Under the pieces are notes generated by a model. That model saw only the letters and a program-made list of their open reading frames with translations, made no database searches and was not told the DNA's origin. A program made the position numbers and the translations under genes. A stretch of DNA of 64,000 nt, from positions 4,477 through 68,476 of the forward strand of contig CAZWCA010000013.1 in assembly GCA_964632255.1 (NCBI GenBank), in the 5' to 3' direction. Positions within the stretch are counted from its first letter, which is position 1; every line of letters begins with the position of its first letter. Positions 19,272 to 29,447 of this stretch are shown here, piece by piece. This stretch comes from an uncultured Smithella sp. (GTDB lineage: Bacteria > Desulfobacterota > Syntrophia > Syntrophales > Smithellaceae).

Positions 19272-20525
19272 TTAATTGTGAAATTTTTTAAATAGTAAAA
19301 CTGCATTGACTCCGCCGAAACCAAAGGTATTGGACATGGCCGTGTGAATTTCTCTTTTCCGGGCCGCATTGGCAACGTAATCAAGATCGCATTCGGGATC
19401 AGGATTGTCCAAATTAATTGTGGGTGGAATGACACCTTCAGCTAAGGCAAGAATTGTAAAAATTGCTTCCGCGCCGCCGGTGGCGCCGAGCATGTGACCG
19501 GTCATCGACTTGGTGGAACTAATCATCAATTTTTGCGCATATTCGCCAAAAACGGTTTTTACGGCTTGTGTTTCATAGAGGTCGTTGAGCGGTGTCGACG
19601 TGCCGTGAGCATTGATATAATCAATACCGGCTGCATTCAAACCGGCATCATTAATTGCATTCAGCATACTGCGGGCGGCGCCTTCGTGGCCGGGCGGCGG
19701 CGCCGCCGGATGAAATGCATCCGAGGTGCATCCATAACCGGCTATCTCCGCATAAATTCTTGCTCCCCTTGCCTGGGCGCAAGACAGCTCTTCCAAAATA
19801 ATTATGCCGCTTCCTTCGCCGATCACAAATCCATCACGTTCCTTATCAAACGGGCGGCTGGCTTTCTGCGGCTCATCGTTGCGTCGGGACAAGGCCCGCA
19901 TGGAATTAAACCCTCCAACGGCCAAAGGAACTATAGCCGCTTCCGCTCCTCCGGTAATCATGACATCGGCGTCACCATAGGCAACTGCTTTATAAGCATC
20001 GCCGATTGCTGAAGTGCCGGCGGCGCAGGCGGTAACGGCGCAATTAATGGGACCTTTCGCCCCAAAACGGATAGATACAAGGCCGGACGCCAAATTGGGA
20101 AGAATGGCCGGAACAGCAAAGGGAGAAATTTTCCGGGGACCGGACTTCGAAAGAACTTCCTTTTCATGTTCCATTGTCGCCAGTCCGCCGATGGCTGAGC
20201 CGATAATTACACCGCAGCGGGTTGATATTTCCGGGGTAATGGTCAGGGCAGCGTCAGTTATGGCCATTTCGGATGCGGCCAGCGCGTAAAGTATGAAGTC
20301 ATCATAGTGGCGGACTTCTTTTTTATCGACAAACTGCAATGGATCGAAGTTCTTTAGTTCAGCGGCAATCTTTGTATTAAAGGAAGCGCTGTCGAATTTT
20401 GTAATTGGGCCTATGCCGGATTTGCCCGCAATTGCACCTTCCCAGGATTCCTGAACTGAATTCCCCAGAGGAGTTATCGCCCCGAGGCCGGTGACCACAA
20501 CGCGTCTCTTAATTGGCTTAAACAT
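19272..20525 (-). CDS. fabF: Beta-ketoacyl-ACP synthase II
   Basis: RRVVVTGLG...ACAAG (active Cys)...NAHGTSTP...[10 protein letters not shown]. Confidence 0.95.
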   Translation of the reverse strand: MFKPIKRRVVVTGLGAITPLGNSVQESWEGAIAGKSGIGPITKFDSASFNTKIAAELKNFDPLQFVDKKEVRHYDDFILYALAASEMAITDAALTITPEISTRCGVIIGSAIGGLATMEHEKEVLSKSGPRKISPFAVPAILPNLASGLVSIRFGAKGPINCAVTACAAGTSAIGDAYKAVAYGDADVMITGGAEAAIVPLAVGGFNSMRALSRRNDEPQKASRPFDKERDGFVIGEGSGIIILEELSCAQARGARIYAEIAGYGCTSDAFHPAAPPPGHEGAARSMLNAINDAGLNAAGIDYINAHGTSTPLNDLYETQAVKTVFGEYAQKLMISSTKSMTGHMLGATGGAEAIFTILALAEGVIPPTINLDNPDPECDLDYVANAARKREIHTAMSNTFGFGGVNAVLLFKKFHN

Positions 20526-20581
20526 GGTAGAACACCTGACAGTTAAAAAATATACAATTGCCGGCGATTACGCCGGAAAAA

Positions 20582-20818
20582 TTATTTAACACCTTTAGCT
20601 TTGAGAAAATCAACAACATCTTTAATTGTACGAATCTTTTCCAGCTCTTCATCCTCTATTTCCAGGCCGAATATTTCTTCCATTTCCATAATGAGTTCGA
20701 CCAGATCAAGTGAATCAGCTCCTAAATCATCGATAAAAGAAGCTTCCATAACACATTCTTCACGGGTTACATCCAGTTGATCCATAACAAGTTTTATGAC
20801 TTTTTCTTCTAACGTCAT
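20582..20818 (-). CDS. acpP: Acyl carrier protein
   Basis: [18 protein letters not shown] contains the DSL phosphopantetheine site. ATG is preferred (GGAGGG 6 nt upstream) over the TTG at 20824. Confidence 0.95.
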   Translation of the reverse strand: MTLEEKVIKLVMDQLDVTREECVMEASFIDDLGADSLDLVELIMEMEEIFGLEIEDEELEKIRTIKDVVDFLKAKGVK

Positions 20819-21334
20819 ACCCAACCCTCCTCGATTCGATTTGTAACATGGGAAATTGACTTATGTGATGTTCTTATTACTCTTTTTATAAAAATTATTC
20901 CTTCATTTTTTTCTGCAGGACCGAAATTTCCACGATTTAGCACATGAAATCTAACGTCCAAAATTGATCTTATTCCTCTTAATTTAGCCCAAGGTTTTCT
21001 TTGGAAGGCAAATCTTAATATTTGCGTATGGGCCGTCAGCCGAGGTTATTCTGCTGTCTCCCAAAAAAGGCACAGCCCCACCCTTAATTGCAGTCCGGCC
21101 GATGTAAACCAATATGCAATCTCTCACATTTCTTGAACAAAGAACTTTCCATTCTGGTTTGCTGAATGCCCTGATTGTAGGCAAGCGCTTTTTCAATAAA
21201 CAGAGTTGCGCTCATCATATCGTAAGAAGGGTTGCTAAGGATTGCCGGGCGGTCATCGACCAACATTTTGATGACCGGCAACGTCAATAACTTGAACCAA
21301 CAAAGGCCCGCAATCTTAAAGTAAGGGCTTTGAA

Positions 21335-21520
21335 TTAAGAGATTTCTTCAATCGGTGTAATTTCCCGGCCTTTATAAGTGCCACATTTGGGACAAACACG
21401 ATGGGGCATTTTTGCCGTTTTGCACTGTGGACAGACAGACATTGCCGGTTGCTGTAAAAAATCGTGTGATCTTCTCTTGTTTCGACGCGTTTTGGAATGT
21501 CGTTTTACTGGATTTGGCAT
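21335..21520 (-). CDS. rpmF: 50S ribosomal protein L32
   Basis: MPNPVKRHSKTRRNKRRSH...CPQCK...CPKCG. Confidence 0.95.
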   Translation of the reverse strand: MPNPVKRHSKTRRNKRRSHDFLQQPAMSVCPQCKTAKMPHRVCPKCGTYKGREITPIEEIS

Positions 21521-21535
21521 AATATATCCTCTTTA

Positions 21536-22096
21536 TTAATGTTTTATTTTAAAATTTTTCAGCGCAGCCAGCCTGCCATTGGTAACTTCTAAGCTGCAAT
21601 CACAGGAAGCTGCATTCAGATTAGTGCCGCACCGCGGGCATAATCCTTTACAATCTTCGGAACAAAGCGGTTTAATCGGAATCTGTAAGATAATCTGCTC
21701 ATAAATAATCGGCGCAAGATCAATAAAATCGCCTTGATAATAACTTATTTCCAACTCCTCGGCTTCGAGTTCAACTTCTTCTCTCGTTTCCGGTGTCATC
21801 GGCACCATCGTGTAAGCAAAATCACCACCAACGGACAGGATGACATCTTCCAGACAACGGCTGCAGGCAATACAAAGAGTTGCCAAAAGACTGCCTTTAA
21901 TAAAAACCGTGCTGGAAGCCTTAGTTATATTGAAGGTTACATCTACTTTCTGCAAGGTAAAGCCGATTTCATCGCTTTGCGGAAAGCTTTCCTGAAACCA
22001 TTTATTATCGCCTGAAAAAACGACGCTCAAGCCTTCTTCAGGAATTGTAACCACATTAATTTTCAAAGACTTAGACATAAAACTAAATTGCCTCAA
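21536..22096 (-). CDS. yceD: YceD/DUF177 family protein
   Basis: It lies immediately upstream of rpmF, the conserved yceD-rpmF pair. Cys-rich C-terminus CSEDCKGLCPRCGTNLN..CDC. Confidence 0.85.
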   Translation of the reverse strand: MRQFSFMSKSLKINVVTIPEEGLSVVFSGDNKWFQESFPQSDEIGFTLQKVDVTFNITKASSTVFIKGSLLATLCIACSRCLEDVILSVGGDFAYTMVPMTPETREEVELEAEELEISYYQGDFIDLAPIIYEQIILQIPIKPLCSEDCKGLCPRCGTNLNAASCDCSLEVTNGRLAALKNFKIKH

Positions 22097-22265
22097 TAAA
22101 TTACGTACACTGCGTTAAGCGTGTAAGTTAATTATAAATCTTTTTTCTTGTCAAGTATATTTTGGCGGCAAAAGAATATTGGATTATAATTAGTTTCCGT
22201 CCGGAAGCGATCAGTTTTATCATTCAAGTTCCGGATGTAAACTAATTTACAATTGGAAATGCGGC

Positions 22266-22295
22266 TTGACAAAAAGCCATTGTCAATCCTATAAA
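22266..22295 (+). promoter_or_regulatory. Sigma70-type promoter candidate for gltX
   Basis: TTGACA (22266-22271), 18-nt spacer, TATAAA (22290-22295), 27 nt before the ATG. The -35 is part of the inverted repeat TTGACA-N9-TGTCAA. Confidence 0.4.
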
Positions 22296-22321
22296 AACCG
22301 GAAAAAAATAAGGTAAATAAG

Positions 22322-23722
22322 ATGACAGAAAAAATAAGAACACGTTTTGCACCTTCACCCACAGGCTATCTCCATATCGGCGGCGCCCGGACCGCCCTTT
22401 TTAACTGGCTTTTTGCCCGTCATAACGGCGGCGAATTTGTGCTGCGAATTGAAGATACCGATCAGCTCCGCTCCACCGATGAGTCAACAAAAGCAATTCT
22501 CGACGCCATGACCTGGCTCGGCCTGACCTGGGATGAAGGGCCCTATTTCCAGGCGCAACGTGTGGAATTGCATCGGGAAATGGTGCAAAAACTGATTGCC
22601 GAAGATAAAGCGTACTACTGCACCTGCACTGCCGAAGAGCTGGAAGCCAAGAGAAAAGAAGCACTCGCCACCGGGAAAAAGCCCAAGTATGACGGCACCT
22701 GCCGCGATAAGCATTTACCGAAAACGCCGGGCAGCGTCGTCCGCTTTCGTAGCGCGCAAACCGGAATAACCATCGTTGAAGATCTCATTAAAGGAAATAT
22801 TGCATTTAATAATGATGAGCTGGATGATTTAATCATTGAGCGCGGCGATGGATATCCAACATACAATTTTGCCGTGGTTATCGACGATGCGATGATGAAT
22901 ATAACGCACGTCATTCGCGGCGACGATCATGTGAACAACACCCCGCGCCAGATTCTGCTTTATGAGGCTCTCGGTTTTCCCGTCCCCAAGTTTGCCCATG
23001 TTCCCATGATCCTCGGATCGGACAAAGCGCGCTTAAGCAAGCGCCACGGGGCCACATCAGTTATGGCCTACAAAGATATGGGCTACCTGCCGGAAGCTCT
23101 TGTCAATTATCTGGTGCGTCTAAGCTGGGCGCACGGCGATCAGGAAATCTTTTCCGAAAAGGAACTAATCGATTTATTTACGCTTGATGCCGTGGGTAAA
23201 TCACCCGCCGTTTTCAACCCGGATAAATTACTCTGGCTTAACGCACACTATATAAAGGAAGCGACGATTGAGCGGTTAACGGAAGATATGAAGCCTTTCT
23301 GGCCGGAAAATGCTCCGGCTGATGATACGGCCTTCATTCAAAAAATAATTGCCGATCTGCGGCCGCGTGTCAAAACACTGGTGGAAATGGGCAATATGGC
23401 GGGCTTTTATTTCGCCGGGCAGGTTCAATACGATGAACAGGCGGCCCAGAAGTTTTTAATTCCCGGTGTTGCCGGCTATTTAAAGGAAATGGCCGATTCC
23501 GTTTCCTCAGTGCAAAATTTCAGCAAAGAAGGCATCGAGGAATTTCTCCTGGCTTTCACGCAAGAGCGCAACATCAAGTTTAAAGTAATCGCGCAGCCGC
23601 TTCGCGTTGCCCTCACCGGAAAAACCGTAAGTCCGGGCATTGATGAAGTTATGGTTACGCTGGGAAAAGACCGCGTTATAAAGAGAATTAAAGATGCGGT
23701 CAGCTATATTGAAGCTCATTAA
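22322..23722 (+). CDS. gltX: Glutamate--tRNA ligase
   Basis: [21 protein letters not shown] (HIGH) and KLSKRHG-type motif (RLSKRHG). Confidence 0.97.
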   Translation: MTEKIRTRFAPSPTGYLHIGGARTALFNWLFARHNGGEFVLRIEDTDQLRSTDESTKAILDAMTWLGLTWDEGPYFQAQRVELHREMVQKLIAEDKAYYCTCTAEELEAKRKEALATGKKPKYDGTCRDKHLPKTPGSVVRFRSAQTGITIVEDLIKGNIAFNNDELDDLIIERGDGYPTYNFAVVIDDAMMNITHVIRGDDHVNNTPRQILLYEALGFPVPKFAHVPMILGSDKARLSKRHGATSVMAYKDMGYLPEALVNYLVRLSWAHGDQEIFSEKELIDLFTLDAVGKSPAVFNPDKLLWLNAHYIKEATIERLTEDMKPFWPENAPADDTAFIQKIIADLRPRVKTLVEMGNMAGFYFAGQVQYDEQAAQKFLIPGVAGYLKEMADSVSSVQNFSKEGIEEFLLAFTQERNIKFKVIAQPLRVALTGKTVSPGIDEVMVTLGKDRVIKRIKDAVSYIEAH

Positions 23723-24049
23723 TATCCGTCCTGAAAGGGCTCTTTCTCTATGGCTGTGTAGATTCGATATTGCTTGTATGGCGACCTAAGGCGCGCCTTC
23801 AGGAATTACTTGATCTCCTTGCCGGAACGAAAAATCTTCTTCCGGCTTGGAAATGATTAGTGATTAAATTTTCAGTGGATACAAAATTCAGGGAATTTGA
23901 TTAAGATCAGTCCGAACATTTAATTTGTCTTGACTTTTCCTGTCTGAATGAATAGATATCTGCCCTCGTTTTTTGTTGGGGAGTCGCCTGGTATTGAGAC
24001 CTTAGCTGATGCCTGATTCAACTCCGGTTCCCCCAGCCAAATCTTTCAT

Positions 24050-24124
24050 GGTCCCATCGTCTAGTGGTTAGGACGCTGGCCTCTCACGCCGGAAACCGGG
24101 GTTCAAACCCCCGTGGGACTACCA
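24050..24124 (+). tRNA. tRNA-Glu (anticodon CUC), CCA encoded
   Basis: Hand fold: acceptor GGTCCCA/TGGGACT; D arm GTCT-AGTGGTTA-GGAC; anticodon stem CTGGC/GCCGG with loop CT-CTC-AC (anticodon 24083-24085); T arm CGGGG-TTCAAAC-CCCCG; then A-CCA. Confidence 0.85.
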
Positions 24125-24388
24125 AATAAATTATTCGGTTAAATCAACGACTTCAATTTTTAACGGGACTGAATGCTTTTTTTATGTATGAATTTTTATC
24201 CCGCTATTAAGCCCACACCCGACATACGGAAGGTTACTTGAGTTGCCCATGTGCATGTCATGTGGCTCGCCAAGCTAAAATGTTCTATACAGGCAGTCAC
24301 TGAAGCTAATCATACATTTAGAAATTAATCATCAAAGAGTACGCCTGATATGAATATTTCCCGGCTTATTCAGATTAAGATTTCCTCT

Positions 24389-25141
24389 TTATCCTTCCAG
24401 CAACCGCAAATATTCCTTTGCTGACTCGTAACAGACACCGGCAATAAAGTTGATAAAAGGCCGGGCGTCGCCTTTATGGGTTTTATTCAGGGTGTCCAGA
24501 TATTCGCGCCGCAAGACCGGCGGGATAATCGCCACCGGGTAACCTGCCTGCAATAAGGCCAGATTCATCAACAAGCGCGCCGCCCTTCCATTGCCGTCAA
24601 TAAAAGGATGTATAGTTACAAGTTCTTTATGAAGAATCGCTGCAAATTCTACAGGGTGATTTTTTTCCCGTTTTTCGGGTATGCTTTCAATAAAGGCTTT
24701 CATTAGCGCCGGTATCTTATCGGGAGCCGGCGGAATGAAGTCCGTGCCGGTAATGATGACTTTCTGCTTCCGGTATTTTCCCGCCTGGCTTTCATCTATC
24801 CTGTAATAAAACAGCCGGTGTAATTCCTTAATGTTTGCTTCGGTAATATCTTGATTCTTTGCCAGACGGAAAAGCAAGTCGTACGCCTCGGAATGTCCCA
24901 GAGCTTCCAAATGATCTTTAACGGGTTTTCCACCAATGGTGATTCTATCTTCGATGACAATCTTGGTTTCTGTTTCTGTCAGTGAATTGCCTTCCAGAGC
25001 ATTGCTTGAATAGGTCATACCAATGCGGAAATATTCCCGAATTTGTTTAAGCAGGTACGTATCAATAGGCCGGTGACCATCAATCTTTGTTTTTAAATTA
25101 TCGATTTTCCGTATTGTTTCTTTCATCGCCGCCCCTTTCAT
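24389..25141 (-). CDS. Fic family protein (AMPylase-type) with N-terminal inhibitory motif
   Basis: Fic motif HPFIDGNGRAARLL. SNALEG (S-x-x-x-E-G) sits upstream, as in class II auto-inhibited Fic proteins. An alternative start is 15 nt downstream (MKETIRK). Confidence 0.85.
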   Translation of the reverse strand: MKGAAMKETIRKIDNLKTKIDGHRPIDTYLLKQIREYFRIGMTYSSNALEGNSLTETETKIVIEDRITIGGKPVKDHLEALGHSEAYDLLFRLAKNQDITEANIKELHRLFYYRIDESQAGKYRKQKVIITGTDFIPPAPDKIPALMKAFIESIPEKREKNHPVEFAAILHKELVTIHPFIDGNGRAARLLMNLALLQAGYPVAIIPPVLRREYLDTLNKTHKGDARPFINFIAGVCYESAKEYLRLLEG

Positions 25142-25351
25142 GAAGCACTTAATGCAGACTCCGCCTTTAATGACTCTAAATTCATTGATGATTTTCCTTC
25201 AATCCAAGTAAAAAACATTTATTGTATTTATTATCAATATTTTTCCTTTCACGCTTATCAGATATCGAGGATGGATAATCAGAATACGGCTTATTTGAGG
25301 TTATTTACAAAGTCTTTATTGATTTTGTTAAGAGTATTTTCCTGAAAAATC

Positions 25352-26524
25352 TTATGGAAAATCAACCCTGAGCATGGAAAAGTCATCATCGAGGGTAGGT
25401 TTGCCGTTTCGTTTCCTGAGAAAAGCGTAGAGGTCATCAATTTCCCGAGAATCTTTTATTCTGAAATCAGCCAGGCAGGCGGCCATTTCGTCAAGTGTCC
25501 ACAAAACACCGTCCGGCCCGGCCACTTCATAAGCGCCATCGGAAAAGATGTAAAGTTGTGACAGCGGCGAAATTTCTATAGTCTGTTCCTTGTAGGTTGC
25601 CGTGGAAGAGACTCCAATTATCATGTTCGAAGTGATAAGTTTTTCCGGCCCATGGATACCGGAGAAAAGAAGAGCCGCGTGATGGCCGCCGCTTGAATAT
25701 ACAAGGACCCTGGAATGACGGTTGTAAACGCCGTACCAAATCGTGAAAAAGAGATTATTATGTTTATCCATCGGAAAGGCGTTATTTAGGCCCGTCAGCA
25801 CTTCTTTTGGTGAACGAAAATCCACACCGGGCAGGGCCCGGGAACGAAGAGAGTTATGAGCGGAAACGGACAACAGGGCCGAGCTTACGCCATGTCCGCA
25901 AACATCGAGCAGATACATAGCAAAGTGGTCTTCGTCAATCCAGTGATAGCCCAAGCAGTCTCCGCCAAGTTGAGCGCAGGGAAAGAACCTCCAGTTTGTC
26001 CGTATCGAACCGGACGTTTCAGGAGCCGGAAGAAGCGAGATTACATATTCCGCGGCGGAGTTTTGTTCATCAGCCAGTGCCCGTTGACTTTCCAGAAGGG
26101 CGGCATATGCGTCATTGCGTTCCAGCAGATTGATATAGGCTGTTGAATGATACCGGATTCTCGCAACGAGTTCAATGCGGTCAGGAAGCTTGACAAGGTA
26201 ATCATTCGCCCCCCGGGCAAATGCTTTCGCCTTGGTTTTAGGCTCTTCCATCGAAGAAAGGACGATCAGAGGTACATCCTTCAGGCGGGGATGAATCCGA
26301 TAGATTTTGACCAGGGTAAGTCCGTCAATTTCCGGCATGACGAGGTCCTGGAGAATGATTGTGGGCTCGAATTCAAGGGCAACCTCCAATGCTTTATTTG
26401 CATCCCGGCAATAGCGAAAAAGAATATCGGTTTCGGAAGCAAGCATTCGCTGCACCGCCGTAGATATGATAACTTGGTCATCCACGAGCAATACCTTGAT
26501 CTGATGCTTTTTAAATACGGACAT
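25352..26524 (-). CDS. Response regulator receiver fused to PP2C/SpoIIE-type phosphatase (RsbU/HsbR-like)
   Basis: Receiver VLLVDD...IILQDLVMPEIDG...KL. C-terminal GGDCLGY...LLDVCGHG...FSDG, the PP2C (SpoIIE) metal-binding motifs. Confidence 0.85.
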   Translation of the reverse strand: MSVFKKHQIKVLLVDDQVIISTAVQRMLASETDILFRYCRDANKALEVALEFEPTIILQDLVMPEIDGLTLVKIYRIHPRLKDVPLIVLSSMEEPKTKAKAFARGANDYLVKLPDRIELVARIRYHSTAYINLLERNDAYAALLESQRALADEQNSAAEYVISLLPAPETSGSIRTNWRFFPCAQLGGDCLGYHWIDEDHFAMYLLDVCGHGVSSALLSVSAHNSLRSRALPGVDFRSPKEVLTGLNNAFPMDKHNNLFFTIWYGVYNRHSRVLVYSSGGHHAALLFSGIHGPEKLITSNMIIGVSSTATYKEQTIEISPLSQLYIFSDGAYEVAGPDGVLWTLDEMAACLADFRIKDSREIDDLYAFLRKRNGKPTLDDDFSMLRVDFP

Positions 26525-27029
26525 AATTTAATTTTCCTGCCGGTACAAAATCAAAATATGGACTCGTGCTTGCGTGCTTTTCAATTTTTTTAAAATCGCC
26601 GGATTCGATCGCTCCCAGTGACAAATTTTCCGACACCCCGTGTTAATTGATTGCCGAAGAGGGTATTTCATAGATGATCCATGTATCCTTATCCATAAGA
26701 TCAATCATTGTAAATAATTTTTTAACAGAAATCGTTATCCTCATAAATACAGGAAAAATCTTTCAGTTAAAGAATATTGAAAAGCGGGCAAAACTGGTGC
26801 GTGATTTTCATGCATAGAGGCAAAAAGAGTGAAAAATGAAGACATCCGGTTTTACGTTTCGTGTAATTGAGTTTTACGGGTTTTTCTTTGGTTCCCGTTG
26901 TTGGTTTTTTTTACAAAAAATATACATAATTTTTTGCCATATACTAATTTATTCTAATATATCAAACATATATCAATCTGGCTTTGATCTTGCTGTCTTT
27001 TTTATAGAAAAAAATAAGGAGGAAAAAGA

Positions 27030-27485
27030 ATGAAAAAAATCTTTACTTTATTTTTATGTGTGTTGGGACTCGCGTGGGGTATTGCCAATGCACAGGCGGC
27101 TACAACAGATTTTAACTTGAATAACTCAAATGGTGACCAGTTATTAGCGATGGATGGAGCCTCTTCCAGCGGCGGGTCCACTTCCGGTGGAACTTCTCCC
27201 AGTGGGACCTCTCCTAATGGAACAACGCGAGGGAGTTCTCCCAGTGGAAATGATACCGATATGGGCACACCGCGCGGAACTTCCCCCAGCGAAAGTGGAA
27301 CTTCCCCCGGTGGAAATGGTACTGACACGGGCACGCCGCGCGGGACTTCCCCCAGTGAAAGCGGAACTTCCCCCAGTGGAAATGATAGTGACATGGGCAC
27401 ACCGCGCGGGACTTCTCCCGATGAAAGCGATACAAATACTCCGCGAGGAACATCTCCTGGCGGATCCGTTCCCCGCGGTTACTAA
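27030..27485 (+). CDS. Secreted low-complexity protein with tandem GTPRGTSPSESGTSP(G/S)GN(G/D)xD(T/M) repeats
   Basis: SD AAGGAGG 8 nt upstream. Signal peptide MKKIFTLFLCVLGLAWGIANA-QA. The rest is Ser/Thr/Pro/Gly repeats. The plus strand is chosen over the alternative ORFs because it has the SD and the signal peptide. Confidence 0.7.
   Translation: MKKIFTLFLCVLGLAWGIANAQAATTDFNLNNSNGDQLLAMDGASSSGGSTSGGTSPSGTSPNGTTRGSSPSGNDTDMGTPRGTSPSESGTSPGGNGTDTGTPRGTSPSESGTSPSGNDSDMGTPRGTSPDESDTNTPRGTSPGGSVPRGY
27264..27461 (+). repeat. Tandem 66-nt (22-codon) coding repeats
   Basis: Units start at 27264, 27330 and 27396 (ggcacVccgcgcggRacttc...). Degenerate copies extend upstream to about 27190. This creates long spurious ORFs in other frames and on the other strand. 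Confidence 0.85.
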
Positions 27486-27678
27486 GCCGGGAATGATTCT
27501 TCCTCGTAGCGCAGCTTTTGTTTAATGCTGTTGTAAGCATTTCAGGAAGATTTATTTTTTTATAGGATAAGCAAATTCAAAGTTAAAAATCTCAAGGCGG
27601 GGTCAATGGATTCCGCCTTTTCTCTTCCTCATAGCGGGAGTAAATGGAGACTTGCTGGAGCTATGAATTTTCAAAAGG

Positions 27679-27900
27679 TTGAGATTGAATGTCTCAGCCC
27701 ATAAAGCCAATGAACTACCCATAGCTTTTACATATCAAGGTTATCGTCGGAAAATATTTGAAATTCTTGATCATTGGTACGAAGGAGGACTTGATGCAGG
27801 ACGTCCGGAGATCGACTATTTCAAAGTCAGGACATCAGATGGACAGGTTTTTTTGTTACGGTATCTTTCTTTGTTTAATTCCTGGTCTATTTGCATTTAA
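27679..27900 (+). CDS. Hypothetical small protein (TTG start, uncertain)
   Basis: 73-aa ORF with no in-frame ATG. The sequence ...DHWYEGGLDAGRPEIDYFKVRTSDGQVFLLRY... looks protein-like, but I cannot assign it. Confidence 0.3.
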   Translation: MRLNVSAHKANELPIAFTYQGYRRKIFEILDHWYEGGLDAGRPEIDYFKVRTSDGQVFLLRYLSLFNSWSICI

Positions 27901-28559
27901 GATTTTCTTTGAAAATAATAATCCTTAAGATGAATACAGATAAATCTAAAAGATTGGCAAAAGTATAATATTCCCTGCTGGATAAATTACATTTTACAAT
28001 ATTTTTTAATTGTTTATATCTTCTTCAAAAAGTTCTATAAACACCAGCATATCCCAACTTTAAACATAAATATTTAATATTAAAGAATATTTTTCAATGC
28101 TTAAGGTTCATGCATTTTGATAAAAAATGCTGTTTTTCTATATGTTAGCTAACATGTAAACAGACTTATCAACAACTGTTTCCACATGCTTGTTGATTTC
28201 TTATTTGTACGCAGTCAGATAAAGGGCACCCCAACACGCACGCGGCGCATATATTACAGTCTTAGAATTTATCCGGTTGCCATGTTTTATGAACTGGATG
28301 GTTACGCCGCGCTTTGCGCATCGGTTAGTGCTTTGATCGTCAATGTATCGGGAATGAAGCACGAAGTGGAAGGTGAAGGGAGCTGCTGGTAATAATGATA
28401 GGGTGTTTTCGCTTTTCCCCGAAGAAAGCTGCTAACACGTTAGTTTTGCCGGTCTGCCCTCCACTAAGCCTTTTTTGAGAAAACATACTCTTAAAAGCGC
28501 CAAACGGCATATTGAATCACTTAATTTTTAAAATTAGCTGTGGATTGGGAAGCGTTGAA

Positions 28560-29114
28560 TCATGTAGTGTAAGGTCTGTCGCTTTTGCCGTAGTCTGCTT
28601 TGGATTCTCCCTTCACTCCTATATCTTCAGCTCCTGTATGTTCCAATATTTCTTTGCCTTTATCTTTCCAATAGCTGTCATCAGCATGAACAGAAAGTAG
28701 AATCCCTCCTTCCTTGACACGTCCTTCATAGCGGTTGGCTTCATACTCGGGAATGCCCATCCCGATCAATGCTCCGGCTATTCCTCCGACTATTCCTCCA
28801 GCCCCGACTCCAGCAAGAGCCGCCACGATGGGACCGGCTGCTATGAATGGTCCAAGGCCGGGAATAGCCAATAAGCCGATGCCCGTCAGCCACCCTAACG
28901 CTCCGCCGATTATCGCACCTGCTCCCACTCCTGTTGTTACACCCTCAGGCGCCTTAGTTTCCTTCTCGATTGCAAAATCTTTGGTACCTCCACTCTCGGG
29001 GAACAACACCGAGATGTCCTCACTGCGAAAGCCCTCCGTTTGCAATTCCTGGACAGCCTTTTCAACCATCAGACGGGTTGGATAAATCCCATAAACTGCT
29101 ATGTTTTTAGCCAT
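28560..29114 (-). CDS. YflT/general-stress-protein-17M-like domain protein with glycine-zipper membrane segment
   Basis: MAKNIAVYGIYPTRLMVEKAVQELQTEGFRSEDISVLFPE (YflT-like N-domain). Then GVGAGAIIGGALGWLTGIGLLAIPGLGPFIAAGPIVAALAGVGAGGIVGGIAGALIGMG (Gly-zipper). Confidence 0.55.
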   Translation of the reverse strand: MAKNIAVYGIYPTRLMVEKAVQELQTEGFRSEDISVLFPESGGTKDFAIEKETKAPEGVTTGVGAGAIIGGALGWLTGIGLLAIPGLGPFIAAGPIVAALAGVGAGGIVGGIAGALIGMGIPEYEANRYEGRVKEGGILLSVHADDSYWKDKGKEILEHTGAEDIGVKGESKADYGKSDRPYTT

Positions 29115-29230
29115 ATCTTAACCCCCTTATTGTTTTTTGGAGCGACTTCAATTTCGCTCTTTATTTTATCACTTCCGGCTATCTGGGCCGCCGACACCAT
29201 TAATATTAATATTTGTATTTTTTTAACCAT
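29099..29230 (-). CDS. Small ORF (43 aa), putative membrane/secreted peptide
   Basis: Own translation: MVKKIQILILMVSAAQIAGSDKIKSEIEVAPKNNKGVKIWLKT. Strong SD AAAGGAGGTG lies 5 nt upstream. It overlaps the start of the next gene by 16 nt. It is below the track size cutoff. Confidence 0.4.
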   Translation of the reverse strand: MVKKIQILILMVSAAQIAGSDKIKSEIEVAPKNNKGVKIWLKT

Positions 29231-29401
29231 ATTCACCTCCTTTTAAATAATCCGGAAATTGGATTACATTTGAAGATTGCTCTCATTTCTTCTTTCCAAG
29301 CACTTCTGACTTGCTTCTGATCATTTCAATTTGATCTCAATTTGATCACTTCCAGTAGTGGCCGTAATCATGGAATTATCTCTCGATAGGAGAAGCATGC
29401 A

Positions 29402-29447
29402 TAAAAAAATAAAATAAAAGGAAGCGCGTTGTCCAGGCGCACTTCCC
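29402..29447 (-). terminator. Rho-independent terminator (minus strand) with no obvious gene to terminate
   Basis: Stem ggaagcgcg (29420-29428) pairs with cgcacttcc (29438-29446) with one mismatch. On the minus strand it is followed by UUUUAUUUUAUUUUUUU. Confidence 0.6.

Noticed and set aside
20984-21287. Two overlapping 67-70 aa minus-strand ORFs in the rpmF-acpP gap, considered as a toxin-antitoxin pair or a frameshifted gene.
   Set aside because: There are no recognisable motifs and no convincing SD, and the ORFs overlap out of frame over about 110 nt. I could not support any call, so the gap itself is reported instead.
23977-24040. tRNA-like fragment just upstream of tRNA-Glu (GGGGAGTCGCCTGG...TTCAACTCCGGTTCCCCCAGCCA).
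   Set aside because: It is about 62 nt long. I could not fold a 7-bp acceptor stem or a proper D arm and T arm, and it lacks the GTTCRA T-loop in register. It may be a decayed tRNA remnant or chance similarity.
27002-27540. Long ORFs on the minus strand and in other plus frames across the repeat gene (27002..27400, 27154..27525, 27214..27540).
   Set aside because: They are artefacts of the 66-nt tandem repeat, which removes stop codons in all frames. Only the 27030 frame has an SD and a signal peptide.
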